A DNA stretch of 64,000 nucleotides from Calditrichia bacterium (GTDB lineage Bacteria > Calditrichota > Calditrichia > RBG-13-44-9 > J075). The notes beneath the pieces are model-generated. The model ran no database searches. It was given only the letters and a program-made list of their open reading frames with translations, and was not told the DNA's origin. The translations under genes and the position numbers were made by a program. Below, piece after piece: positions 39,708 through 48,736 of the stretch (its first letter is position 1; each line of letters opens with the position of its first letter). The stretch spans positions 59,405 through 123,404 of the forward strand of contig JBOEGD010000032.1 in the NCBI GenBank assembly GCA_050633245.1, read 5' to 3'.

Positions 39708-40637
39708 ATGAAGCGATACCTGGTCATTCTGTTTGTCTGTTTCCTTATCTCGTGTAGCTACGCGCAATCTAAGATCCTTTTCTCACGAAGTTCAGGTGGG
39801 TTGAATACCGGTAAAACTCCCAGTTTAATGACCTACGATCCGGCTACGAAAGAGGTTCGCACTTTTCTCAAGGGCCAAGTTGCGAAACGGGGTGAATATG
39901 CAGCCGTCGTATCGCCAGATAAGTCGAAGCTGTTATCAAATACCTATGTGTTTGGTGGATGGAAGTTGGGGATAGCCACAATTAATAACGGCACGGTTGG
40001 TAGCTTTGAGCGATTTACTTCGCGCCCAAACTATGAGTATAATGCGAAGTGGTCTTATGATGGGAAGAAGGTTGCTTACCAGGAGTTTAATTGGAGTGAA
40101 CGTGATACCGATATCTTTATCGCGAATTCCGATGGGCGAAATGTGAAGCGATTAACTAACGTTCCCGGTGGAGATAGGACACCACAATGGACTCGTGATG
40201 ATAAGCAGATTGTCTTTACATCTGGCAGGGAAGACAGCTACGAAATTTATATTCAGTCGGTAAATAGCGAAGCAGCTTTGAACCTCAGTAAGCATGCCTC
40301 AACCGACTTTGCTCCCTCAACCTGCGCCGTAAATGACAAGATTGCATTTTTATCAGACAGAGACGGGGCTGTACATCTTTATACAATGTCTTACAATGGA
40401 AGTGGACTAAAGAACATGACGCCGCTGCTGAAGTCCGGGGTACCCGGTGATGGGAGCTTTGAAGGCAATGGCTACTGGGCATATCAAACGTCGTGGTCGC
40501 CCGATGGTAAGCAGATTGTTTTTAATGTGCTGATCGGTTCCGATCTGGAGCTATTTATGGTAGATGCCGACGGTAAAAACCTTGTTCAGTTAACGGATAA
40601 TGCCGATTCAGACTTTTGTCCAACCTGGATAAAGTAA
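39708..40637 (+). CDS. TolB-like PD40 (WD40-like) beta-propeller protein
   Basis: Signal peptide; repeated SPD, WSYDG, WTRDD, WSPDGKQIVF, LTDN motifs. Confidence 0.88.
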   Translation: MKRYLVILFVCFLISCSYAQSKILFSRSSGGLNTGKTPSLMTYDPATKEVRTFLKGQVAKRGEYAAVVSPDKSKLLSNTYVFGGWKLGIATINNGTVGSFERFTSRPNYEYNAKWSYDGKKVAYQEFNWSERDTDIFIANSDGRNVKRLTNVPGGDRTPQWTRDDKQIVFTSGREDSYEIYIQSVNSEAALNLSKHASTDFAPSTCAVNDKIAFLSDRDGAVHLYTMSYNGSGLKNMTPLLKSGVPGDGSFEGNGYWAYQTSWSPDGKQIVFNVLIGSDLELFMVDADGKNLVQLTDNADSDFCPTWIK

Positions 40638-40714
40638 TTCATTACCGTGAATGTATAATTAATCCAAATGAGCACTCTTGGAAACGAAACCACTGAGCTT
40701 ACTCTAACGAGCGC

Positions 40715-41668
40715 ATGATGAGAATACTAGTGATACCCGGATTGCTGTTGCTGCTTAGCTCATGTGCTTCAATCCTGAATGGACCGACACAAACAATAAC
40801 TATTATAACATCGACTCCGTCGAAGGTTATTGTTAATGCAGATACTCTGGTAACAACCACGGGGCGTTTAAGATTGTCCGTCGAGCGGAAACCAGAGGAT
40901 TTAGTACTTACCGTCGCTAACGATAGTCTGGTAAAAATGATTACGCTAAAATCTAAGTCTTCCTGGGCGTATTGGCTAAATGCCTATCCGGCACCGTTAT
41001 TGGGACTTGGACTCTGGTTAGAGCGTGATAAGCCAGAGCGCTATACCTATCCCGGTAAGCTACATATCAATCTTGGCGATACCGAAGGCCGTTCTTTTAT
41101 GGCATATTCTGAACGGAAATCGAGCAAGGTTCGGCTGCATTTCTCTGTGCCTTATGTGAATAGCTTTTTGCTTAAACCAGACGGTGAAGTCGATCAAAAA
41201 ATCAGTAGCGGTTTCCTGGGAATGTCCGGAGGTTTTGATTATGCCTATTCTGCCACGCGTTATTTTAACCTAACCGTGACAGGTGCGACGGATTTCCTGA
41301 TGCCTATTCCAGTGCCGTTGGAATATGAGGGAGAATATAAAATAGCCGCTACGCTATATGCCAGTGTTTCTCATAATCATGAACTAAAACGATTTTCTGC
41401 GGGATACGGACTTAGTTTCTCACGAAATCTCTGGCGAGTAAACTACAATGCTTTTTCTGCCGATACGCCGCCTCCAACCAGAGAGCCGGCGAGGCTTATT
41501 AATGATGCCATTGGACTGGTCGTTCCAGTATACTACAGGGTTAGTCGGCACTTCTATGTCGGAACAGTCTATCGACCAACATTGCTTCGCTTGGATGCCG
41601 CAAAAACATTCGATTATGAACATTTAATAAGTCTCGATCTTGCATGGAAGATCGGACTGGGGTTCTGA
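40715..41668 (+). CDS. Putative lipoprotein with C-terminal beta-barrel-like region
   Basis: Lipobox LLSSCASI; C-terminus ending in an aromatic residue (WKIGLGF). Confidence 0.65.
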   Translation: MMRILVIPGLLLLLSSCASILNGPTQTITIITSTPSKVIVNADTLVTTTGRLRLSVERKPEDLVLTVANDSLVKMITLKSKSSWAYWLNAYPAPLLGLGLWLERDKPERYTYPGKLHINLGDTEGRSFMAYSERKSSKVRLHFSVPYVNSFLLKPDGEVDQKISSGFLGMSGGFDYAYSATRYFNLTVTGATDFLMPIPVPLEYEGEYKIAATLYASVSHNHELKRFSAGYGLSFSRNLWRVNYNAFSADTPPPTREPARLINDAIGLVVPVYYRVSRHFYVGTVYRPTLLRLDAAKTFDYEHLISLDLAWKIGLGF

Positions 41669-41669
41669 G

Positions 41670-42212
41670 ATGAGAAAAATCAAAAAGCCTATACCGGGAG
41701 AATATCCTGAATATTCACGTATTTATCTGGACTTGTTGGAAGACGATGGAAATATACTTGATCAACTTTGGAATAACTTTTTGATGATCAAACAATTTAT
41801 TTATGATTTACCAGAAGAAAAACTCACGTATCGCTATGCTGAAGGGAAGTGGACAATTAAGGAAATACTGGTTCATTTGATCGATGATGAACGTATTTTT
41901 GCCTACCGTGCCCTGCGGTATGCCCGCAACGATTCAACTCCGCTGCATGGTTTTGAAGAAAATCATTATGCGACATTTTCCGGCGCAAATGAACGAAGCT
42001 TAGAAAGCATCTTTGAAGAGTATGAAGCGGTACGGAAAGCGACGATTACGTTATTCCAGTATTTACCGGAGGAGGCGTTTATGCGTAGCGGTGCTGGCAT
42101 AGACACAGACGGAAGCGTTGTGAACGAGCGCACTGTGAGGGGACTGGCCTGGCATATAGCCGGACATGAACTTCGCCATTTTAATGTCATTAAAGAGCGC
42201 TACCTAAGCTGA
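41670..42212 (+). CDS. DinB/YfiT-family protein
   Basis: YRYAEGKWTIKEILVHLIDDERIF, GHELRH. Confidence 0.9.
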   Translation: MRKIKKPIPGEYPEYSRIYLDLLEDDGNILDQLWNNFLMIKQFIYDLPEEKLTYRYAEGKWTIKEILVHLIDDERIFAYRALRYARNDSTPLHGFEENHYATFSGANERSLESIFEEYEAVRKATITLFQYLPEEAFMRSGAGIDTDGSVVNERTVRGLAWHIAGHELRHFNVIKERYLS

Positions 42213-42280
42213 AAACGGTCAATATGATACATTGCGTAAATAATCGTCTTAGGATATACCGATAAAAGCGAAATGGGAAA

Positions 42281-43198
42281 ATGAAAAAAAGACTATCCTT
42301 AATGTTAGCCATACTTCTGATGTTTAGTGTAACGATGAGCTGCAACAAGCAGAAGGAGCCACTACGTTTGGCTACCTATACATATTCCACAAATGATCGG
42401 CTGAAGAACTTGCAGCCTCTGGCTGATGATCTCGCAGAACAGCTGAAGAGGCCTGTATCCACAACCAGTTACCCGGATGTGGCATCTTTTATTAAAGGTC
42501 TGAAGTCGAACTCTGTTGATATTGCCTTGATAAATACCTTAGGGTATTTGCTGTTATCTCTGAATAATGAGCACATGAATCCGGTGGCCGTATTAAAAGT
42601 ACGGCAGGATGCGGTGGATAATTATAAGACGGTTTTGTTAACCACTAAAATGGATATTGCAGACCTCGATGATGTAAAAGAAAAGGCTTCGGGCTTGTCG
42701 ATGATGTTCGTTGCCGAGGGATCGACTTCAGGGAATTTAGTGCCACGGCTATTATTTAGTTCAATGGGACTTAATGCACCCAAACAGCAATTTAAACATG
42801 TGAGCTATGGCGGAAATCATACTTCTACATTGGAAAGGCTTCTTGCAGGTGAGGCTGATTTATGCGCAATAGGCAGTAATGAATACTTTAAACAGCTTAA
42901 GGCAGATTCCACCTTAAAAACCGCTACACGCTTACTGTGGATTTCTAAGGAAATACCACTGGGCCCGGTCTTGCTAAACAAGAGATTAGCAAACGATGAG
43001 CAGCAACAAATTACGAAGCGTCTTTTACAACTTCATGATGCAGACGCCTCTGTACTACAGTCAATAAAAGCAGGATGGTCTGAAGCAAAGCAAGCAGAGA
43101 AGTTTTATGCGATCACAGATAACTACTATGACAATTTTCGGATGGTCAATGGGAATACTACCGACCTGGCAGAAATTTTAGCTGCCTTTGTAAAGTAG
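42281..43198 (+). CDS. PhnD/PtxB-like phosphonate/phosphate-binding lipoprotein
   Basis: Lipobox TMSC; STSGNLVP, GNHTS, EIPLGP. Confidence 0.82.
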   Translation: MKKRLSLMLAILLMFSVTMSCNKQKEPLRLATYTYSTNDRLKNLQPLADDLAEQLKRPVSTTSYPDVASFIKGLKSNSVDIALINTLGYLLLSLNNEHMNPVAVLKVRQDAVDNYKTVLLTTKMDIADLDDVKEKASGLSMMFVAEGSTSGNLVPRLLFSSMGLNAPKQQFKHVSYGGNHTSTLERLLAGEADLCAIGSNEYFKQLKADSTLKTATRLLWISKEIPLGPVLLNKRLANDEQQQITKRLLQLHDADASVLQSIKAGWSEAKQAEKFYAITDNYYDNFRMVNGNTTDLAEILAAFVK

Positions 43199-43281
43199 TT
43201 GTTTGTCAACTAACAAGCTTAAAGGTTAAGTTCTTACTGCTGTTTGCTGAAATTAGCCTGCTAAAGATGGGTAAACCGGTA

Positions 43282-43752
43282 TTATATGCTCTCAAAGCGC
43301 TTCAAAATTAGCAAATCGTTCTCGGAGCCTTTGATCTGTTTTAAGTGCAGAATGTGTTGAAGTGAGGCAATATTACAGCCTTTGATAATGCTCTTTTTAG
43401 CGGACAGTTCCTGCCATCTAATGAACGGGCATTCGTAGGTAATATCCAAAGTGAGTTGAGCTCTTTTCGCTCGCAAATAATATTTGTCCTTTAGAAACTC
43501 TGCCTCTACCTGCTCATCCACATCTGACTCCCAAACTGTCACCTTCCATCGATTTTTTCGCAGAAGAAGGATCGCTTTGCGAATTTCTGTCATGTTGTTT
43601 CTGATAATAAGATCGCAGTCCTTAATCGGATAACCTTGCATTTTGTCTGGAAAAAGGCACTTCAGCGCCCAAGTACCGATTGTAACATAAGCGATGTTTT
43701 CAGCTGAGAGCTGGCGAAGAGTGCTTACATATTTTTCAAGATCCATCTCCAT
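43282..43752 (-). CDS. Pol-beta-superfamily nucleotidyltransferase-like protein
   Basis: IGTWAL...KDCDLI..LDI and LKQIKG..DL pattern; ATG overlaps the radical SAM stop (TGATG). Confidence 0.7.
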   Translation of the reverse strand: MEMDLEKYVSTLRQLSAENIAYVTIGTWALKCLFPDKMQGYPIKDCDLIIRNNMTEIRKAILLLRKNRWKVTVWESDVDEQVEAEFLKDKYYLRAKRAQLTLDITYECPFIRWQELSAKKSIIKGCNIASLQHILHLKQIKGSENDLLILKRFESI

Positions 43753-44843
43753 CAGGAAAAGTAATTCCCGATTATATGGTTCTCCGGATCCCAATCCCCA
43801 CAGAGATTTCCATTAGAATGAAAAACAAGCTTCTGCACAACATCCGATTCGTTGCGGCTGATGAGTTCATTATAGCTGGATGTTTCCATAATAACCTCAA
43901 CCTCATCTTTATAGCAAAAATGTTCATTGTAATAGTAATAGCCTGCTTTGCTATGTGCATACTGCCAATGCTTTCGCTGTTCATTGAAATCAGGCATCAC
44001 CTCGACGAGAAGAAGGTCTATTGGAACGCGATTTTGCTCGACCCACATTTTCGTTTTGTTGTTGATATACGTGTCGTCCAGTCTGCTGAGTTCGCGAAAT
44101 ACGACCTGCTTTACGCCAAGTGAAAGCGCCCAGTCGAGATAGCGCTCAACTTCAGAGATGCTATTTATGCCAACCTTTGTAAGGATGCAGGAATTCTTGA
44201 CAGGAACATGTTGCAGAACGGTTTGTATGAGCTGCTCGTAAGCCTGGTTGCGATACACCGGCTCGTTTCTATTGATATACATAATGCTCTGATTAATCGT
44301 ATCGTTATAGTGGCAGCGGGAGATCTCCAGCCGATCGAAACCTGCATCACGAAGGCCATAGATAAGCTCTGGAGAGTTGTGGAGCCCTGAGGAGTTGGTA
44401 TAGAGCACCTTCTCATTAAATTTCGGAACATGGTGGCCACCGAGTGTCTTCAGGAAAGCCAACAGCCATTGCGGATCGCTGGTTGCCTCGAGCCCGGAGA
44501 GACTAAGCCCAATATTTTGAATCGTAGAAAGATCGGCTAAAACGTTTTTTAGTGCCTCAAAATAACGAGTGTAATCTGAAATGGTGTTTTGCGCTGTAAG
44601 AAACTTCTGATGTCTGCGCTGTAGTTCTTCCGAACAAAACCGACAGTGCGCATTACAGCGCGTTGGATTGGCGTAGGGGGTAAAGGTAAGCCCGGAGCGG
44701 ACCTGTTTGTTTTTCCCTTTAAAGGTGGCTGTTTCGGTATTTTTTTCCTGATAGACATCCCATTTTCCAGCTCTTAACTCGAGCAGCTCAAAGTTGTTGT
44801 CCGGATAAACGGTATGATTTCTAAACGTTTGCGTCGTTTGCAT
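43752..44843 (-). CDS. Radical SAM protein, unknown function
   Basis: CNAHCRFC (CX3CX2C), SLSGLEA, YTNSSG, EISRCHY. Confidence 0.9.
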   Translation of the reverse strand: MQTTQTFRNHTVYPDNNFELLELRAGKWDVYQEKNTETATFKGKNKQVRSGLTFTPYANPTRCNAHCRFCSEELQRRHQKFLTAQNTISDYTRYFEALKNVLADLSTIQNIGLSLSGLEATSDPQWLLAFLKTLGGHHVPKFNEKVLYTNSSGLHNSPELIYGLRDAGFDRLEISRCHYNDTINQSIMYINRNEPVYRNQAYEQLIQTVLQHVPVKNSCILTKVGINSISEVERYLDWALSLGVKQVVFRELSRLDDTYINNKTKMWVEQNRVPIDLLLVEVMPDFNEQRKHWQYAHSKAGYYYYNEHFCYKDEVEVIMETSSYNELISRNESDVVQKLVFHSNGNLCGDWDPENHIIGNYFS

Positions 44844-44928
44844 TTTTCACCTATATGTTGTGCAGGTATTAAAATATAATCGATATTGGTTTGAATTGGT
44901 TGCTGCGTCTGCTTTGCGAAGTCATTGG

Positions 44929-45858
44929 CTAGGCGACCATTCGCCCTCTTTTTGCCGCTAATGTTATCGTGACACTCATTCCCGAATTGAATTCCAGAAA
45001 ATCGTTCTCAATTCCATCGCTAAAGATAACGCCATTTCCCGGCATGCCTGATTCAATGCCAAGGGGCTTTGAAGGGTTGATTTTGCCAAAAGTTAGTGTG
45101 GTTCCACAGCCGCCATAAGGATAGGGTTCGCGAACCACGAAATACAAATAGCGGGAATCCCATTTCATGTCCTGCAAAGCGATTCCCGATTGCCCTTTAT
45201 TTAGCCTGTCGGATCCGGCAACCACGCTGCTAAGCCACCCGGTGGAACCAAGCCCCGTGGAAACAAGTATGCCGCTGGATGACTGATATTCCTGCTTTCC
45301 GCCGAACTTAAGGGTGTAGCGCGCTGAAGCATGAGTTTGTTGGCCGATGAAGAAATCGTTTACGGCATGCAGTGTTTGCCCATTGTTTAAGGTCGCATTC
45401 GCCATACTAACTTCGCGAATTGGTCGCTTTTGCTGAATAATTTCATTCAGCACTTTTGACAAATCTGCTGGTGTGAATGGCAATAAGCAACCTTCCCAGC
45501 GTTTCGGGTCGGGATTCAAACCTACCAACCGCTGCTGATCGAGGTATTTAAGTGTATTGGCTGCCAAACCATCCTGCCCCAATGTAAAAACAATGTCATC
45601 TTCACCGAACATGAAGTTTGGCAGGAAATGTCGATCTACCAACTGCACTCGACCAAACTTTTTCAGGCAGGCAATTGTTGTATCAAGAGCTAGATGATAA
45701 GTCTTGTGTTCGATTAGATAATCATCGAAATCGATTCCCATCTGAGTAAGATAAAAACGCGTTTGGCTGATGGTATTATAACGCAGGATTTGTTCATCGA
45801 GCCTGGTTTTTCTGATCACCAGCACAAAACGATGGTCGTTAGTTGCCATATTTATCAT
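44929..45858 (-). CDS. NAD-kinase-like (ATP-NAD/'sugar kinase') protein
   Basis: LGQDGL (GGDG variant), VNDFFIG, SSGILVSTGLGSTGW, FSDGIE. Confidence 0.85.
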   Translation of the reverse strand: MINMATNDHRFVLVIRKTRLDEQILRYNTISQTRFYLTQMGIDFDDYLIEHKTYHLALDTTIACLKKFGRVQLVDRHFLPNFMFGEDDIVFTLGQDGLAANTLKYLDQQRLVGLNPDPKRWEGCLLPFTPADLSKVLNEIIQQKRPIREVSMANATLNNGQTLHAVNDFFIGQQTHASARYTLKFGGKQEYQSSSGILVSTGLGSTGWLSSVVAGSDRLNKGQSGIALQDMKWDSRYLYFVVREPYPYGGCGTTLTFGKINPSKPLGIESGMPGNGVIFSDGIENDFLEFNSGMSVTITLAAKRGRMVA

Positions 45859-45865
45859 CCTTTAA

Positions 45866-46882
45866 TCAGGAGTTTTGCGGTGTTATTAATTCTTTTAACA
45901 AGTCTGGCGTAATGTTTAGCTGTCCAATACGCTGAGCGTTTTCGGCGAGCTCCTGAAATGCCAGTGCCACCATCTGCCCCGGTGCCATTCCTACGGAAGC
46001 GAGTGCCTGTAGACTTCCGGCATCGATTGTTTTTAGCGTATCCAGAGTCTTAGCCAGCTCGTAAATTCGGGTGTCCGCTTCAATGCGTCCATTCTCTGCT
46101 GATTTTTTGATCAGTGTGGTTTTATCATTTTCCAGCTCCTGTTTAAATGCAAGGCTTGCCTTTTCCAGGTCGAACTTCTTTGCCTGCATCTCCTGCTTGC
46201 CGGCGATACGCGTTTTTTCTATTTGCTGCTTTTTGTTCTCGATGGCGATTTCGGTATTGAGTTCATTCTCTTTTATTGCCCGCTCCTGTGCAATTGCCGA
46301 GTTCCTGCGGATATAAATAGCATCATCTGCTTCCTGTAGCAGTTTCTCTCGCATTTCAGCTTCCAGGGCTCGTGCCGTTTCCGGCGTTGGACGAACGGCC
46401 AGAATCGCCAGGCCCATTATTTCCAACCCAAGAGCCTCAAGCTCCGGTGCAGAGCTCAACTTACCCAGAACAATTTTGGATAAGGAATCACTAACGCCCA
46501 TGGCCTCACGAAGACTGGTTTTGCGTAGCTCTGCGCGAATGAGTACCTGTAAGACAGCAATGAGCCGCTGTGGTAGCCGTTCATTGTCGCTGCACTGATA
46601 ATCGCCTCTCGGGTTTAGGGAATAGTCCAGGCATTCTGCCGTCTTATGTGGCGATTTTATTCGCCAGGTGAGCTGTCCTTGAATTGTAATGGTTTGAAAA
46701 TCACTGGTCGTCTCTTCGAATATGAAGGGCATCTCTTTACTTTCGGTGGGAATTGCGACCAGTGAGGAGGTAGGGGCGAAGTAAAAAAACGACAGCCCAT
46801 GACCTTCCCGAATGATCTGTCCTTTTTGATACTGGAAAACATACGTGGACGGATTAAACTTTGCAAATTTGAATCCAAACAT
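45866..46882 (-). CDS. SPFH/Band-7 domain protein with coiled-coil tail
   Basis: GHGLSFFY, TSDFQTITIQGQLTW, ARALEA..RE.LLQEADDAIY.RR, IGQLNITPDLL. Confidence 0.9.
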   Translation of the reverse strand: MFGFKFAKFNPSTYVFQYQKGQIIREGHGLSFFYFAPTSSLVAIPTESKEMPFIFEETTSDFQTITIQGQLTWRIKSPHKTAECLDYSLNPRGDYQCSDNERLPQRLIAVLQVLIRAELRKTSLREAMGVSDSLSKIVLGKLSSAPELEALGLEIMGLAILAVRPTPETARALEAEMREKLLQEADDAIYIRRNSAIAQERAIKENELNTEIAIENKKQQIEKTRIAGKQEMQAKKFDLEKASLAFKQELENDKTTLIKKSAENGRIEADTRIYELAKTLDTLKTIDAGSLQALASVGMAPGQMVALAFQELAENAQRIGQLNITPDLLKELITPQNS

Positions 46883-46932
46883 AACGCGCTCCTTTGAGTT
46901 GCTTTTCTGTACTGCTCTAATAGATTGTAAAT

Positions 46933-46961
46933 ATAATAGTGTATAAACAACACTAAGTCAA
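46933..46961 (-). promoter_or_regulatory. Sigma70 promoter of the SPFH gene cluster
   Basis: Minus strand TTGACT-N17-TATTAT. Confidence 0.75.
46936..46956. promoter_or_regulatory. NrtR-type operator palindrome
   Basis: aTAGTGT-ataaaca-ACACTAa, a 21-bp GT-N7-AC palindrome filling the promoter spacer. Confidence 0.7.
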
Positions 46962-47113
46962 GCATGATTTATTTTATCTTAATTAGAACAGTAGGATGGA
47001 GTGGGAGAGCTAATCTGGCTTTCCCCTGAAAAGATAGAGACTTAGTTAAGTTAGAAGACCTATTCGTTCAAATTGAACCGGGCTCATATTTCCGATTCCT
47101 GAGTGAATTCGTT

Positions 47114-47162
47114 TTCTGTATTCTGTATTCTGTTCTCTGTATTCTGTATTCTGTTCTCTGTT
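47114..47162. repeat. TTCTGTA/CTCTGT heptamer array
   Basis: ttctgtattctgtattctgttctctgtattctgtattctgttctctgtt. Confidence 0.85.
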
Positions 47163-47186
47163 ATCCCTTTCATCCATGTTCTAAAT

Positions 47187-47220
47187 AAAAAAAGGTGGAT
47201 AGCATTTGCTATCCACCTTT
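47187..47220 (-). terminator. Terminator after tRNA-Asp
   Basis: aaaggtggatagca-tt-tgctatccaccttt perfect stem with A-run. Confidence 0.85.
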
Positions 47221-47228
47221 AAACTGTG

Positions 47229-47303
47229 CGGGGCCGACGAGATTCGAACTCGCGACCTCCGGCGTGACAGGCCGGCGTTCTAACCGGGCTGAACTACGAC
47301 CCC
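47229..47303 (-). tRNA. tRNA-Asp(GTC)
   Basis: Minus strand GGGGTCGTAGTTCAGCCCGGTTAGAACGCCGGCCTGTCACGCCGGAGGTCGCGAGTTCGAATCTCGTCGGCCCCG; cloverleaf, anticodon GTC, CCA not encoded. Confidence 0.97.
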
Positions 47304-47318
47304 ACAGTTAAGAGGCAA

Positions 47319-47347
47319 AAATATAGGCCGTTGTTTATACAAATGCA
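47319..47347 (-). promoter_or_regulatory. Sigma70 promoter of tRNA-Asp
   Basis: Minus strand TTGCAT-N17-TATATT. Confidence 0.6.
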
Positions 47348-47371
47348 AGCTATTTTTTGTAGAAAATCATC

Positions 47372-48736
47372 TTAATTCAGATCATGTTTCTTTAGCTTCG
47401 ACATAAAGGTGCTTCTATGAATATTAAGAACCTCTGCAGTGCGTTTTTTGTTGTTCTTGTTTTCTTCAAGAGCACGTGTAATAAGCTTTTTCTCGTAATT
47501 ATCAACCATTTCGGTTAACGATACTCCCGATGCGATATCAACTCCGGGAAGGCTGAGTGGGCGTTGCTTTTGCAGGGTAGAAGGTAAATCCCGCGCATGA
47601 ATAACGTCGGACTTACCAAGGGCAATTCCTCGCTCTATTGCATTCTCCAGCTCCCGGATATTACCGGGCCATGGGTAGGCTTGTAGAACTTCCATGGCTT
47701 CATTGGAAATCCCGTGAAATTCCTTGGACAGCTTTTTGTTGTATTTTTCCACGAAATGTGAAACCAGTAGTGGAATATCATCAATACGTTCACGCAGTGG
47801 CGGCACATCTATTTGAATAACATTTAGACGGAAGTAGAGATCCTGACGAAAGCGTCCGGCGTCCATTGCTTCTTCAAGATTCGCATTTGTAGCGGAGATT
47901 ATTCGGGTGTCTACCTTATTTACCTGTGTGCTACCAACACGCTCAATTTCTTGTTGTTGTATGGCACGAAGCAGCTTTACCTGTAAACTAACGTCAATTT
48001 CACCAATTTCATCCAGAAAAAGTGTGCCGCCATCGGCTAATTCAAACTTACCTGGCTTGTCTTTTATCGCATGGGTAAAGGCGCCTTTTACATGTCCAAA
48101 TAACTCACTTTCTAACAGGCTTTCGGGAATTGCTCCGCAGTTCACGGTAACCAGTCTCTTTTTGACGCGACTGGAATGGAAGTGAATGGCTTTTGCTATT
48201 AGCTCTTTACCGGTGCCGTTTTCGCCACGAATGAGAACTGTGGAAGGTGTTTCAGATATGGCTTTGATTAAATCAAACAGCTCAAGCATTTTTGTATTGC
48301 GACCAATAATATTGTCGAAGCCAAAGGTGTTTTTCAATTGTTGATGCAGGTAGGTGTTTTCGCGCATCAATGATTTAAGCTCGGCCATCGTTTCTACTTT
48401 GGAAACGATTTCGTCGAAACGCAGTGGTTTTAGAATATAATCTTTAGCGCCCTTTTTCATAGCCTCGACGGCTGTTTCAATTGTGCCATGCGCAGTGATC
48501 ATCATGACGGCTAAATCGGGATATTCTTTTTGCGCAAGATCTAGCAGCTCCATGCCATTCATTTCCGGCATCTGCATATCCGAAATAAGAATGTCCGGTT
48601 CTTGAGAGCGAAGAATGCTCATCGCTTCCATTCCGTTCTGGGCGGTAATCGTTTCATAACCGTGCTGAACGAAAAGCTCTTCCATTAGGTCCAAGGCATC
48701 AACTTCATCATCGACGATAAGAATGCGTGTTTTCAA
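47372..48736 (-). CDS. Sigma54-dependent NtrC-family response regulator
   Basis: REC (VDDE, SDMQMP, KP), GENGTGKE, ESELFGHVKGAFTHA, FLDEIGE, FRQDLYFRL, WPGNIREL, Fis-type HTH. Confidence 0.95.
   Translation of the reverse strand: MKTRILIVDDEVDALDLMEELFVQHGYETITAQNGMEAMSILRSQEPDILISDMQMPEMNGMELLDLAQKEYPDLAVMMITAHGTIETAVEAMKKGAKDYILKPLRFDEIVSKVETMAELKSLMRENTYLHQQLKNTFGFDNIIGRNTKMLELFDLIKAISETPSTVLIRGENGTGKELIAKAIHFHSSRVKKRLVTVNCGAIPESLLESELFGHVKGAFTHAIKDKPGKFELADGGTLFLDEIGEIDVSLQVKLLRAIQQQEIERVGSTQVNKVDTRIISATNANLEEAMDAGRFRQDLYFRLNVIQIDVPPLRERIDDIPLLVSHFVEKYNKKLSKEFHGISNEAMEVLQAYPWPGNIRELENAIERGIALGKSDVIHARDLPSTLQKQRPLSLPGVDIASGVSLTEMVDNYEKKLITRALEENKNNKKRTAEVLNIHRSTFMSKLKKHDLN

Noticed and set aside
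43752-44843. Prokaryotic viperin or MoaA assignment
   Set aside because: Has GLE rather than GGEP, lacks viperin-typical motifs and MoaA's C-terminal cysteine cluster; cannot be assigned without a search
37900-47303. Intact integrative element at tRNA-Asp
   Set aside because: No integrase and no duplicated tRNA 3' end found by eye
46940-47341. 12-bp inverted repeat (tgtataaacaac) flanking tRNA-Asp
   Set aside because: Short and AT-rich, both copies explained as promoter spacers, no recombinase nearby; likely chance
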